From IMG/VR virus record IMGVR_UViG_3300044633_001982: a stretch of 64,000 bases of DNA; one strand, 5' to 3'. The notes beneath the pieces are model-generated. The model was not told where the DNA came from and searched no databases. It was given only the letters and a program-made list of their open reading frames with translations. How positions within the stretch are numbered: the first letter of the stretch is position 1; every line of letters starts with the position of its first letter. The stretch is from a virus. Its lineage: Duplodnaviria > Caudoviricetes. Shown here piece after piece: positions 34,884 to 45,510 of this stretch. A program made the translations under genes and the position numbers.

Positions 34884-36845
34884 TTAAAACTTTTTACCGT
34901 ATGCTGAAGATGGGATAGTAGTTCCTCCACCAAATGCCGCTACAGCGAGTGCTGGTATCGCAATCTGTACTTTACCATTTGCGGCCTCTTCTTCCGCCAT
35001 AGATTTCATTTGTGCCAATTTTGCTAATACAAATTTATTTGGAGCACCACTTGGTAAAGAACCTGTGGGTATACCTAATTTTTGTAACTCTTCTAATGTA
35101 TTTAAAAAGGCTCTAGTGTAAGAATACCCGTCTAAAGCTTGAGATGCAAAAAGTAATGGTAATGGTATTGCATTACCTAAACCAGTTGTCGCAATTCTAA
35201 ATAGTTTTAATAGTTCATCTATCACTGATTTACATTGTCGGTAATCAGATATAAAACTTGCTACAACAATTAGTAATTGAACTAATTTAGTTATCATTAT
35301 AATTTTCATAGACGCCTTTTCTTTAGCTAAATCTTTTACAATGACTTGTAGTAATTCAAAAATATCTTTTTTAATTTGTTCAAATAATTCTTTTATAAAA
35401 ATCGAAATAATTTTTGAAATTAAATTAACCACCAATTTTTTAAATTTTTTGAAAAAATCACTAACATTATCAATTAAATAATCAATATTTTCACCAGCCC
35501 CTTGAGTTAGTGATTTAATCATTATCATTAATGGTAATATTACTTTAGGTGATAAAATAGACATCACCAAACCAATTGGTAAATTTTTTAAAAAATCAGT
35601 ATTCAAACTTAATTGGTACGCGGGTAAATTTGCGGATAAATTAACGTATTTATCTTTTTCAAGATTACTTAATATTGAATCTGTTAAATTTTGAACTAAC
35701 TCAAGTTCATCATTTTTAGTTGTACCACTTAAAATTTCTTCTAATCCTTGAAATATTAATTCACTATCAATTGGTAATTGAACATTATCACAATCAGTTA
35801 ATTCAATAATACCGTTTAAAAATTTAGTTCTTTCTTCCTCAATCTGACGTATATTCAAAGAAGTTAACTCAAAAAAATCTTCTTCAATCCCATCCAACTC
35901 TGGTATTTTTGATGAGCCCTGAACGTCAATTTCAGTTGCTGAGTCAAAACACAATCCTAAAATTCTTGTAATAAATTTATTCATTTTAAGACTCGCGTCC
36001 AAAGTATTTGTACCCGCTTGTACTGATAATGCTCCGGTAAGTAAATCTGTTATTTTACCAGCGTATAGATGAGTTTCAACAATATCTATACTTTGATAAT
36101 AATCGACAATAAAACTAGATACTTTGTTTGCAACAGGACCTGAATTGTCTAACATCCTATTTGATAACTCAACTTTGAAAAATTGACCACTGTTACCTTG
36201 TCCGTCAGTTTGAACAAAAGTAATATTAAATAAATCTTGACCTGATGCTCCTTTATATAATAACCCTTGGTTATCTGGTGAACTTTGATAAGACTCGTCA
36301 GGATTTTGAGTTCTTTTAAATAACTCTTTATTTAAACTTTTTTTTGTATCTGATGCGTTAAATGATTTTTTTTCGTAATAAATTTTACCCCTTTTAGTTG
36401 ATGGGTCTATTTGAAGTTGTTTAAAAAAATCAATTGAATTTATATTAATATAAATAGGTTGGTTTGAAATGAACTCTTGTTCTGAATCACAATTAATTGC
36501 ATTTATAATTTCCTGTACAATTAAATTACGAATTTCAGGTTTTTTCTTTTCAATAGTTTGAATAAATTTATTTTTCAAATAATTGATTGTATTTTTACCT
36601 TTACCTTTAGTTAAAGTATTAATATCAAATAACTGTGAAAACTGACTTTTAGTGTCTTGTCTAATTTTTTCAGCATTTTTTTTAAGTTCCTCTAAACCTA
36701 CTTGACCTTTAGATAATAATGATTCTAAATTATCTCCTTGGTTTTTTAAAACTTCTTGTAACGAAGTTTTCGCCTCAGTGTACGATTTAACGGAACTAAT
36801 TTCCGACTTTAAATTTTCATAACTATCATCTAAATCTATTACCAT
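34884..36845 (-). CDS. Large hypothetical protein (probable baseplate/structural)
   Basis: 653-aa ORF in a late operon. Confidence 0.7.
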   Translation of the reverse strand: MVIDLDDSYENLKSEISSVKSYTEAKTSLQEVLKNQGDNLESLLSKGQVGLEELKKNAEKIRQDTKSQFSQLFDINTLTKGKGKNTINYLKNKFIQTIEKKKPEIRNLIVQEIINAINCDSEQEFISNQPIYININSIDFFKQLQIDPSTKRGKIYYEKKSFNASDTKKSLNKELFKRTQNPDESYQSSPDNQGLLYKGASGQDLFNITFVQTDGQGNSGQFFKVELSNRMLDNSGPVANKVSSFIVDYYQSIDIVETHLYAGKITDLLTGALSVQAGTNTLDASLKMNKFITRILGLCFDSATEIDVQGSSKIPELDGIEEDFFELTSLNIRQIEEERTKFLNGIIELTDCDNVQLPIDSELIFQGLEEILSGTTKNDELELVQNLTDSILSNLEKDKYVNLSANLPAYQLSLNTDFLKNLPIGLVMSILSPKVILPLMIMIKSLTQGAGENIDYLIDNVSDFFKKFKKLVVNLISKIISIFIKELFEQIKKDIFELLQVIVKDLAKEKASMKIIMITKLVQLLIVVASFISDYRQCKSVIDELLKLFRIATTGLGNAIPLPLLFASQALDGYSYTRAFLNTLEELQKLGIPTGSLPSGAPNKFVLAKLAQMKSMAEEEAANGKVQIAIPALAVAAFGGGTTIPSSAYGKKF

Positions 36846-37207
36846 TATAATGTTAGATTAATATTTGTGTCAGAGTCAACATCTTTTTCTATTAATCCTT
36901 TTAAAACCTCATCATCAAATTCTAATAAACTAAAAGATTCAGTTTGAGAATTTTTTTCCCAAATATTTGCTTGTAATTTTGAAAGACTTAATTTTTTCTC
37001 GACACACTCGTTAATTATTTTTTGTTGTTTTTCGATAACTGGACCAATTAAAGTCATGTCTTCAGGTTCTTTCATCATAGAAATCATCTTATTTTGAATC
37101 CTGAGAGCTGTTGACCTTTGTTCAACTAACTCATTATAGATTTCCTGCATCAGTGCTTGTAACGATTCTTTAGTGAAATTAATTTCTTTTTTTCTTGGCT
37201 TAGTCAT
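36845..37207 (-). CDS. Coiled-coil hypothetical protein
   Basis: 120 aa; TATTTAT at 37212-37218, 4 nt upstream. Confidence 0.7.
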   Translation of the reverse strand: MTKPRKKEINFTKESLQALMQEIYNELVEQRSTALRIQNKMISMMKEPEDMTLIGPVIEKQQKIINECVEKKLSLSKLQANIWEKNSQTESFSLLEFDDEVLKGLIEKDVDSDTNINLTL

Positions 37208-37232
37208 ATTAATAAATATAAAATTAAGAGTT

Positions 37233-37982
37233 TTATGATTCTTGCTCCGTTTTGATTATGTTATCATAAAGTATTTTATATTTTTTCATACTTGTTCTTA
37301 TTTCTTTTGTTGACAGATTTGTCATCTCTCTTAATGATAATAAAATTAAATTTTTGTTAAATTTATTATTATCGGATGTTTGAAAAATTTGTTTATAGTT
37401 TTCCAAAATATCACATAACGCAACCCCAAGTTTGTATTCATTTGTACCCTCGTCAAATTCATTAGATTTTTCTTTAACATTTTGTAACAATTTAATTAAA
37501 ATGTTTTCTTTATCATCTTCCTCATCATCTATATAATATGACATATTTGGGTTATTTTCTAAATCACTTGATATATCTTCATACGAAATTTTTCTATTTT
37601 GTTCTTTTTGGTCTTTTAAAATTTGACCCATTAAATAGTTTTTACAAATAGTTCCAAAATATGAATATGCCTTTTTTTCTTTTGACGGACTAAATTTTTC
37701 AATTTTAGTCATTAAAAAAGAATGAGTGTCGGTATGGATTTCATAAAAATCCATGTCTTTTCGATATAATTTATATCTTCTAATAATGGAAGATATCATT
37801 TTATCTAAAGGATGTCTTAAATAATCATTATATATCTTATTCTTTTCATCAAAAGTAGAAGCAGTTAGGAACATCCTAACTGCTAATTCTTCTCTTTGGT
37901 CAAAATAGTTTTCATTTTCAGATTTACTTTTTTTACCCTTTTGAATGATTATTGTTGTTTGTCCTGAATAATCATTGACCAT
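37233..37982 (-). CDS. Putative late-transcription sigma factor (T4 gp55-like)
   Basis: Sigma region-2-like LMTKIEKFSPSKEKKAYSYFGTICKNYLMGQILKDQKE, comparable to gp55 KFDP....FAYFT.I...FL.RI.KE. Confidence 0.55.
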   Translation of the reverse strand: MVNDYSGQTTIIIQKGKKSKSENENYFDQREELAVRMFLTASTFDEKNKIYNDYLRHPLDKMISSIIRRYKLYRKDMDFYEIHTDTHSFLMTKIEKFSPSKEKKAYSYFGTICKNYLMGQILKDQKEQNRKISYEDISSDLENNPNMSYYIDDEEDDKENILIKLLQNVKEKSNEFDEGTNEYKLGVALCDILENYKQIFQTSDNNKFNKNLILLSLREMTNLSTKEIRTSMKKYKILYDNIIKTEQES

Positions 37983-38788
37983 TAAACTTCTTGTGGTTCG
38001 TATTTTATTTGTCTGTCATCATTGAAAAAATATTCTTTTTTCGCAGAATTAATCCAAAATTTAACCTCATCTTCAGATAAAACATTGTCACCATTTTTGT
38101 AATTCCAAAAAATACCTCCATGTCTTAAATTAATATGTTTGTAACCTAATTTTGGGATTGTCATAATTTTTGAAGAATTATATGTTAAACGTAAGAATAA
38201 CTCATAAACAAATGTTAATTTTATTGAAGGCTTAAACCCTCCAAAATCAAGAAATGTACTTTTCTTAATCACCATTCCTGATGTTTGGAAATTTTGATAT
38301 GAGTGTAAGGTATCATTAGTTAGATACCCCATTTCTTGACTAAAATTAGATGCAAAAGTTGCCTCATTTGTGAATCCGGCAAACACACCCTTATCGTCAA
38401 CGTCAACTACGATTGGTAAAAAACAATCAACATCGTCATAAATTTCAGAATATTTTTTAACATTTTTAAACCAAATTTTAGAATACTCGTCATCAAACTC
38501 AAGAATTGATACCCATTTTGTTTTAGATTCTTTAATACCTAAATTAACTTGACTACAAAAATTAGGTTCTTCTGTGTACTCAATAAGTCTGATATTTAAA
38601 TCACCAAAGTCAAATGAGTTTAAATATTTAACTAAATTGTCTTCAAGTGTGTGAACTATAATTAGTTCAGATGGTTTAACTTCTTGGTTTTGTACAGATT
38701 GTATTGATTTTTCAAAAAAATCAGTAAAAAAAGATGCGATTGCGGATTTAATTGGTAATACTACCGTTAAGTCAAAATTGTTCTCCAT
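37982..38788 (-). CDS. Glycosyltransferase family 2
   Basis: LTVVLPI, QVNLGI, WVSILEFDD (DxD-like), YELFLRL. Confidence 0.8.
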   Translation of the reverse strand: MENNFDLTVVLPIKSAIASFFTDFFEKSIQSVQNQEVKPSELIIVHTLEDNLVKYLNSFDFGDLNIRLIEYTEEPNFCSQVNLGIKESKTKWVSILEFDDEYSKIWFKNVKKYSEIYDDVDCFLPIVVDVDDKGVFAGFTNEATFASNFSQEMGYLTNDTLHSYQNFQTSGMVIKKSTFLDFGGFKPSIKLTFVYELFLRLTYNSSKIMTIPKLGYKHINLRHGGIFWNYKNGDNVLSEDEVKFWINSAKKEYFFNDDRQIKYEPQEV

Positions 38789-38789
38789 A

Positions 38790-39848
38790 TTATGCTTCTA
38801 CTTTAAATTTATTAATTTGTTGTGAAAAATATTCTTCTCTTGAAGACAAATATTTTTTAAATAAGTCAACTATTGAATTATTGAACTTTTCAGTTGAACT
38901 ATATTTTTCTGCGGTAATAGTACCATTCTCATATAATTTTTCAGATATATTATCTTCTATCCAATTTTGGATAAAGTCAGCTACATAATCAACCAACTTA
39001 TCACTTTCTTTCACCCAAATACCATTATCTTGATTTAACCAATCAGGTACAATGTTAGGTACTATACCAATAACTGGACAATTTGAAGACATAGATTCGA
39101 TAGGATATGTTCCAAAAGAACTTTGAGGGTCTATCCATACTGATAAACAAGATTCTTTTAATGTGTTTGAAAATTCTTCTTCAGACAATGCTCTCATATC
39201 TCTAAACGATACCCATCTAAATTGAGGAAATTTCAAATAAAATTTCTTAATAAAATTAATTCCATCTCTTTGTTCTCTAGAATGTACCGCAACAATTGGT
39301 TTAGAAGGATATTTTGATGGACTAAATTTTTCAGATATAACTGGTTCAATAATATCGTATGACACATTTTTCATTATTGGTGCCACATAATTTTTTAACC
39401 ACTCACTTGTGATAATACATTTAGGAAACCCTAATGATGACCAAGATTGACCAGGCGATAAAGTTTCTGTAATCCAATCAGCCGATTGACATAATACAAT
39501 TTTAGCACATGGTAATTTTGTAATTTGAGGCATAACGTACCCAAAAATTTCAGGTATAATAATAAAATCTTCAGGAGAAATTTCAAGTTGTTGACCCTCA
39601 ACAGATGTGTGTGGAAGTTCCATAAACTCAGGACCTAACCATTCTGACACTCCAATGTAATCATTTTGTTCATGCAAGATAATTGGGTTAAATCCATTAT
39701 TTTTTAAAGTCATTGCCATTCTGTAAGTGTGGGCAACAGACGCTTTAGCATTACCTTTAGTGTCTTGAACAAAAAAATAAATTCTTGCGGTTTTATTTTT
39801 TAAATTTTCAACAGAGGTTTGTAATTTTTGTAAATTTGTTTGTTCCAT
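38790..39848 (-). CDS. GT-B fold glycosyltransferase (GT4-like)
   Basis: DFIIIPE, SFGTYPIESMSSNCPVIG (E.FG...EAM..G.PVI-like). Confidence 0.7.
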   Translation of the reverse strand: MEQTNLQKLQTSVENLKNKTARIYFFVQDTKGNAKASVAHTYRMAMTLKNNGFNPIILHEQNDYIGVSEWLGPEFMELPHTSVEGQQLEISPEDFIIIPEIFGYVMPQITKLPCAKIVLCQSADWITETLSPGQSWSSLGFPKCIITSEWLKNYVAPIMKNVSYDIIEPVISEKFSPSKYPSKPIVAVHSREQRDGINFIKKFYLKFPQFRWVSFRDMRALSEEEFSNTLKESCLSVWIDPQSSFGTYPIESMSSNCPVIGIVPNIVPDWLNQDNGIWVKESDKLVDYVADFIQNWIEDNISEKLYENGTITAEKYSSTEKFNNSIVDLFKKYLSSREEYFSQQINKFKVEA

Positions 39849-39860
39849 ATTTGTTTATTA

Positions 39861-40127
39861 TTAATATTTTTTTAATACTCCGATGTTAAGTAGAGTATTC
39901 CATGCAAGTTTATAAGGTAGACTAACTGCGCTTTTAGGACCAAGGGCCTCATCCGCGTCTTCTCTTTCGGTGATTAATACATCAATCATTGTTTTAATCA
40001 TTTCATATTTTACAACAGAAATATGTTGTTCAGTTTTACCCGACTCATCAATAGTCGGAGATAAATTTACTTGTGACTCAATCGTAGTGATGTCCAAGTA
40101 ATAGTGTTCATTAAATAAGGTCAACAT
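39861..40127 (-). CDS. Hypothetical protein
   Basis: 88-aa ORF. Confidence 0.7.
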   Translation of the reverse strand: MLTLFNEHYYLDITTIESQVNLSPTIDESGKTEQHISVVKYEMIKTMIDVLITEREDADEALGPKSAVSLPYKLAWNTLLNIGVLKKY

Positions 40128-40779
40128 ATTTTATTTTTTCAATTTTTTTAATTAAATCTTTTATTGTGTCAATTTCACAGTTCGCAATTACATCTTTATT
40201 ATATGAAGTTTTAAATTTTATACATTTTTCAGGATATAATTTAATTAATTCAGGGTTTGAAGTAATAATTACATCATAATTAGAAAGTTTTTTTTGTAAA
40301 TTGTTGTTATTATAAAAAATAACAGAATCAATTAAACATCCAAATTTAGATATAAAAAATAAAGATGCGGGTTTAGATTTACCCACGCATTTTGAAAATA
40401 TTGAAAAATCATATTTATTTTTTGTCGATTCAATTATTTCGTTTAAAGACACGAAAGTATCCATTTCAGTTGATGGTGAGTGACCAAAAATTTGCATTAC
40501 AAAATCTTCGTAAATAAAATTATAATAATCTTCTTCACTTGGAAATTTAAAATGATTTTCTAAATCCAAAGAGTTAACTGGTAAAATCATTTCATAAATA
40601 AATGAATCTTGATGTTCGTTAAGAACTGTATTCCCCGATTCATCTAAAGTGTACGTTTTAATTGGTTCCGAGAATTCGTCAGTTTGAGTTTCTAAATAAT
40701 TTTTTTCATATAATTGACTAATTTTTAAAATATTATCTCTTAAAACTCCGTCTAAATCAATACCAATTTTAGTTATCAT
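40111..40779 (-). CDS. HAD-family 5'(3')-deoxyribonucleotidase-like protein
   Basis: KIGIDLDGVLRD motif I; C-terminal KTSYNK..I. Confidence 0.65.
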   Translation of the reverse strand: MITKIGIDLDGVLRDNILKISQLYEKNYLETQTDEFSEPIKTYTLDESGNTVLNEHQDSFIYEMILPVNSLDLENHFKFPSEEDYYNFIYEDFVMQIFGHSPSTEMDTFVSLNEIIESTKNKYDFSIFSKCVGKSKPASLFFISKFGCLIDSVIFYNNNNLQKKLSNYDVIITSNPELIKLYPEKCIKFKTSYNKDVIANCEIDTIKDLIKKIEKIKYVDLI

Positions 40780-41506
40780 ATTTTTTTAAAATTTTAGAAA
40801 TTATTGGGTTACGGACAATATCTTCGTCTCCAAAAACATGGATTGCAATGTCATTAACATCTTTAAATTTATCTAAAGCGTCAAATAACCCCGAATGTTT
40901 CTTATCTTTATATCTATCAGTTTGCTCAATGTCACCTGAAATAAAAAACTTACTATTAAACCCTATACGAGTTAATAATAATTTCATTTGACCTGGAGAA
41001 GAATTTTGAGCCTCCTCAAAAATTAATATAGAATTATCTATATTCATTCCTCTCATATATGCCAATGCAAATACTTCAATTACCTCAATTTGTTTTAATT
41101 TTTCTCTATTTTCTTTACCAATAATTTTATTTAATAAATAAAAAGATGGAAAAATATAAGGGTCCAATTTTTCTTCTAAATTTCCAGGTAACGAACCTAA
41201 TTTTTCCTCAGCTTCAACAGCAGGTCTTACTATGATTATTTTTTCATATGGTGTCTTTGGGTCTTGTAATAAATCAACCGCACATTTCATTGCAATAAAA
41301 CTTTTACCAACACCAGCAGGACCTGAACAAATTGTAATTTGATTGTTAACTAATTTATCATAGTACTCTTCTTGTCCTTGTGACAAAAATTTATTTTTAG
41401 TCTTACCTTTAATGATTTGACTAATTTGTTCTTTCTTACTAATCTTTGATTTTACCTCTGTTTGAAAAGTTTGAGGTTCTTTAGTGGGTGTTTTTTTTCT
41501 AGTCAT
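40769..41506 (-). CDS. phoH: PhoH family ATPase
   Basis: GPAGVGKS, IVRPAVEAEEKLGSLPG, YMRGMNI, FEEAQN, MKLLLTRIG, GDIEQTD, DIVRNP. Confidence 0.95.
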   Translation of the reverse strand: MTRKKTPTKEPQTFQTEVKSKISKKEQISQIIKGKTKNKFLSQGQEEYYDKLVNNQITICSGPAGVGKSFIAMKCAVDLLQDPKTPYEKIIIVRPAVEAEEKLGSLPGNLEEKLDPYIFPSFYLLNKIIGKENREKLKQIEVIEVFALAYMRGMNIDNSILIFEEAQNSSPGQMKLLLTRIGFNSKFFISGDIEQTDRYKDKKHSGLFDALDKFKDVNDIAIHVFGDEDIVRNPIISKILKKYDN

Positions 41507-41521
41507 ATTTTTAATTTTAAA

Positions 41522-42520
41522 TTAATGGTTAACATTACCATCACTGTAATAAACAAACCAATAATTAATCATTTCATCTAACATTGTCTCAAATGTGTAA
41601 TCGTGAGACCATCCTGTTGATTTAATTAATTTAGATGAGTCTCCTTTTAAATCGTGTAGTTCTTCAGGCCTTAAAAATTTTTCGTCTTGTGCCACATATT
41701 CTTTATAGTCTAAACCTAATGATGTGAAAACATAATCACAAAGTTCTCTAACTGAATGTGAGATACCTGTGGCACAAACAAAATCATCAGGTTTGTCTAA
41801 TTGTAAAATTTCCCACATTGCTTTAACATAATCTTTGGCGTGTCCCCAATCTCGTGTTGCATCAAGATTACCCAATTTTAACTCATTAGATAGTCCTAAT
41901 TTAATCTTAACAGCTTCTTTACATACTTTATTGGTAACAAAGTTTGTTCCTCTTCTCGGTGATTCATGATTAAATAAAATTCCGTTTGAAATAAACATTC
42001 CGTAAGAATTTCTATAATTACGACAAATATTATAACTAAATACTTTGGAACAACCGTATGGTGATACAGGATTTAAAGGAGTAGTTTCTCTTTGAAACCC
42101 ATCTGAATCTATAGTGTTACCAAACATCTCAGATGATGACGCTTGATATATTTTGGTATTTGGTTTAATTAATTTAACCGCTTCTAATAAATTTAAAGTA
42201 CCTATACCTGTAACATTAGCGGTGTAAATTGGTTGGTCAAAAGATATTCTTACGTGGGATTGTGCTGCAAGATTGTAAATTTCATCCGGCATTACTTTTT
42301 GGATAATACTAATTAATGATGAAAGGTCAGTCATATCGGCGTAATGTAAAATTATTTTATCATATACGTTTTGTAATCTTGATGTTTGATTTTCGGAAAC
42401 TGAATTACGTTTAAGTGTTCCATGTACCTCATACCCCTTTTCTAATAAAAGTTCAGAAAGATATGACCCATCTTGACCATTAATACCTGTAATTAATGCA
42501 ATTTTTTTATCCATTTTCAT
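41522..42520 (-). CDS. gmd: GDP-mannose 4,6-dehydratase
   Basis: ALITGINGQDGSYL, YNLAAQSHV..SF, QASSSEMFG, SPYGCSK, LFNHESPRRG.NFVT.K, RDWGHAKDYV. Confidence 0.95.
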   Translation of the reverse strand: MKMDKKIALITGINGQDGSYLSELLLEKGYEVHGTLKRNSVSENQTSRLQNVYDKIILHYADMTDLSSLISIIQKVMPDEIYNLAAQSHVRISFDQPIYTANVTGIGTLNLLEAVKLIKPNTKIYQASSSEMFGNTIDSDGFQRETTPLNPVSPYGCSKVFSYNICRNYRNSYGMFISNGILFNHESPRRGTNFVTNKVCKEAVKIKLGLSNELKLGNLDATRDWGHAKDYVKAMWEILQLDKPDDFVCATGISHSVRELCDYVFTSLGLDYKEYVAQDEKFLRPEELHDLKGDSSKLIKSTGWSHDYTFETMLDEMINYWFVYYSDGNVNH

Positions 42521-43661
42521 TTATAATTTTACTTATTTTTTGAATTTCATTAATCGTTAAATCTTGATGATTTGGAATGTAAAATCCGTATTTATCAATT
42601 AATTCGCAATTTTTTAAATCAATTTTTCCGTAGTTTTCATACCACATTGGTTTATTTGACATGTTACCTGCAATAAGTGGTCTAACTTCAATATTATTTT
42701 TAATTAATTCATTAACAATTTTTTCTTTATTTTTGTTAACAATTGGTAACGCAAAATTTGATATAAAATTATTATCATCAATTTTTATATTTAAATCATT
42801 CACATTAATTAAATCTAAATAATTTTTAAAATTTTGATTTCTAATTAAACAATATTTGTCTAATTTATCAATAGCTCTAAGACCAATAAACGCTTGTAAA
42901 TCTGTAGACCGTAGATTGAACCCAGGTACGTAAAAGTTATATAAAGACGTGAAGTCATCTACAGAATATTTTTCACGTAATGATTTTTGTTTTTCTAACG
43001 GTAAATCTCTATCCCAACCGTGACTTCTCATCATTAATAATAAATGATAAAAATCTTCATCATTAGTATTAATAAACCCGCCTTCAATTGTACTTAAATG
43101 GTGTCCAAAATACATTGAAAAAAATGACGCAAACCCAAAAGAACCTAAATAATCGTTTTTATATTTTGACCCCATACTCTCACACACATCTTCAAATAGT
43201 ACAACGTCATATTTTTCACATAAACTTATAATTTTTTCCATGTCAGGAACTAAACCTAATGGAGATACTAAAATAAATGATGATGGGGACTCGGTTTTAA
43301 AAATATGTTCTAAGTGTTCTAAGTCACAAGACAAATCTTCTAAATTACAATCACACATAATTGGTTCCATACCAAGTAATATTGGAGAACTAACGTCTGT
43401 TGCCCAACTTAATGATGGAATTACTATTTTTTTATTTTTAATTTTTTTTGAATATAAAAAAGCGGCTAATGAAAGTAATATTGACGAGGACCCTGAATTA
43501 ACAAAAACCGAATATTTTGTCCCAATTTTTTTCGCCCATTTTTTTTCTAATTCAATAGTTAAATCACCTTTAGTTAACCTAGGTATCTCATCTTGAGATA
43601 ACCATTCTACAAGATACTTAATATCTTCTTTATTTATCGTATCACTTACTAATTTTATCAT
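42507..43661 (-). CDS. colD: GDP-4-keto-6-deoxy-D-mannose 3-dehydratase (ColD-type PLP enzyme)
   Basis: DegT-fold with His in place of the Schiff-base Lys (FSMYFGHHLSTIEGG); lacks the Cys cluster of E1/RfbH; flanked by gmd and an fcl-like gene. Confidence 0.8.
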   Translation of the reverse strand: MIKLVSDTINKEDIKYLVEWLSQDEIPRLTKGDLTIELEKKWAKKIGTKYSVFVNSGSSSILLSLAAFLYSKKIKNKKIVIPSLSWATDVSSPILLGMEPIMCDCNLEDLSCDLEHLEHIFKTESPSSFILVSPLGLVPDMEKIISLCEKYDVVLFEDVCESMGSKYKNDYLGSFGFASFFSMYFGHHLSTIEGGFINTNDEDFYHLLLMMRSHGWDRDLPLEKQKSLREKYSVDDFTSLYNFYVPGFNLRSTDLQAFIGLRAIDKLDKYCLIRNQNFKNYLDLINVNDLNIKIDDNNFISNFALPIVNKNKEKIVNELIKNNIEVRPLIAGNMSNKPMWYENYGKIDLKNCELIDKYGFYIPNHQDLTINEIQKISKIINENG

Positions 43662-44550
43662 AAACTTGTTTTATACCTTTTTCAAAAGGTAATGGACTAA
43701 AATTGGGAAGTAAATTATTTAACTTGTCTATTGACACATCTTTTCGGTATTGTCCATCAGGTTTTGTAGAATCAAAATTAATTTTAATATGTCCTAAGTT
43801 TAAAGAGTTTAACGAAATTTCAGCAATTTCTCTGATTGATAAATTTTCTTTATTTGCCACATTAAAACTTTCATATATATTCTTTGTTAAACATTCATTA
43901 ATAACCCAAGCTAAATCATCGGAATGCATAAATTGTCTTAATGGATTTCCTGAACCAAATAAAGTGATTTCACTTTGTGATAGTTTATTGGCTTGAATAA
44001 TCTTTTCAAGTAAGGCTGCGACAAAATGACTGTTTTCTCCCATTTTATCATTTTCACCGTATAAATTACAAGGTATTAAATATTGATAATTAGTACCATA
44101 TTGTTTGTTTAAAGAATCTATTTGGACTGCCAAACATCTTTTTGAATAACCGTAGGAAAAGTTAGTAATTGTTGGGGGACCTAAATGTAAATCAGTTTCA
44201 TTCATTGGATATTTTTCTACTGAATCAGGATAAATACACGTTGATAAAATTCCAATAAATTGAGTAACCCCAAATTTATATGAATACTCGACCATGTAAG
44301 TATTCATCTTAATATTTTCAATAAAATAATCGTATGGTTTTTTTATGTTGTCAATAATGCCCCCAACCTTAGCTGCTAAATGAACTATTTTGGTTGGTTT
44401 ATGTGTTTCAAACATACGTTTAACATCGTCTTCTTTAGTTAAATCATAATCTTTTGATGAAACGTATATTGAATGAGGTAGTAATTTTAAAAGTGATTTT
44501 CCTACCATTCCTGAACCACCAGTTATTAAAATTATTTCCTTATCTTTCAT
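43642..44550 (-). CDS. fcl: GDP-L-fucose synthase / GDP-colitose synthase (ColC-like) epimerase-reductase
   Basis: TGGSGMVG, HLAAKVGGI, LSTCIYP, YGYSKR, PCNLYGEND, SHFV, LRQFMHSDD, PDGQYRK. Confidence 0.9.
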   Translation of the reverse strand: MKDKEIILITGGSGMVGKSLLKLLPHSIYVSSKDYDLTKEDDVKRMFETHKPTKIVHLAAKVGGIIDNIKKPYDYFIENIKMNTYMVEYSYKFGVTQFIGILSTCIYPDSVEKYPMNETDLHLGPPTITNFSYGYSKRCLAVQIDSLNKQYGTNYQYLIPCNLYGENDKMGENSHFVAALLEKIIQANKLSQSEITLFGSGNPLRQFMHSDDLAWVINECLTKNIYESFNVANKENLSIREIAEISLNSLNLGHIKINFDSTKPDGQYRKDVSIDKLNNLLPNFSPLPFEKGIKQVYDKISK

Positions 44551-45211
44551 TTAAATAATCTATAATTTTATGCCTATCAATATCCATTAATCCCCTTTTG
44601 GTGTCAAATTCCCACTCAGTCTCCTCAAATCGTTTTAAAGTTTCTAATTTGTCCGATGTTAATTCATCATGTAATCTTATGTGATTAATAGATAAATCTA
44701 TTTGTTTAAATAAACTTAAACCATCTAACATAAAATATAAATAACCGTCATAAAAAACTGATTTAGATACACACCCAATAATGTCTAAAATACTTTTCGA
44801 TATTATTGGGAAATACCAAGTCTCGTTATGTGGGAATGCCGGATTATGATGTAAACAAATGAATTCACCCGAATACGGTTTAACTAAAGTATCCCATTTA
44901 TCAGTAATTATTGTCATATCGTCATTGGCACAAAATATAAATTCCCCTGAAGATTTTTCATAAAGTTCATTATAGAATTCATTAAGAGATGCGTACCCAT
45001 TTTTTCGCCCCGAAACAACTATAGTTATAAAATTAAATTTATCATATGATTTTAAACCATTAATTGTTTCAGTATCATCGTCGTCTACTTTAACTAATAT
45101 TTCAATATTATTTATATCATCACATTTATCAATTAAAGAATTTAATGTTTGTAATAAAAATTCGATTCTACCCCTACTTGGTAGAATTACACTAATTAAT
45201 TTTTTATTCAT
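44540..45211 (-). CDS. Glycosyltransferase family 2-like
   Basis: ISVILPSRGR, ILVKVDDDD, FCANDD. Confidence 0.75.
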   Translation of the reverse strand: MNKKLISVILPSRGRIEFLLQTLNSLIDKCDDINNIEILVKVDDDDTETINGLKSYDKFNFITIVVSGRKNGYASLNEFYNELYEKSSGEFIFCANDDMTIITDKWDTLVKPYSGEFICLHHNPAFPHNETWYFPIISKSILDIIGCVSKSVFYDGYLYFMLDGLSLFKQIDLSINHIRLHDELTSDKLETLKRFEETEWEFDTKRGLMDIDRHKIIDYLNER

Positions 45212-45510
45212 TTTTTATCAAAAAAAATATTGTCGTTTATTGCTTTATCGTCAATAAAAATATCGGCATTTAATTTAATTCCAACTCTTAATTTATGATA
45301 GTTAACTCCCCAATCTTTTAATTGGGAAGATGTAATATCCTCCCAATTAATTCCGGTTGTTGAACCTCTTGCAGTGTCTATAAGAATGGTATTTCCATCA
45401 TTATAAAGTTTATTTACTAAATTAATTCTTTCATGAAATGGTTTTGCGTTTAAATAATCACCGTCTGTATTGGTACAAAGAGTACCATCTAAATCAAAAC
45501 AATAAATCAT
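45208..45510 (-). CDS. Minimal HAD phosphatase (capsule-biosynthesis type)
   Basis: YCFDLDGTLC, TARG, K..ADIFIDDKA. Confidence 0.85.
   Translation of the reverse strand: MIYCFDLDGTLCTNTDGDYLNAKPFHERINLVNKLYNDGNTILIDTARGSTTGINWEDITSSQLKDWGVNYHKLRVGIKLNADIFIDDKAINDNIFFDKK

Noticed and set aside
42507-43661. Perosamine synthase or CDP-sugar E1 (RfbH) assignment
   Set aside because: The Schiff-base Lys is replaced by His, the E1 iron-sulfur Cys cluster is absent, and the neighbours are GDP-sugar enzymes.
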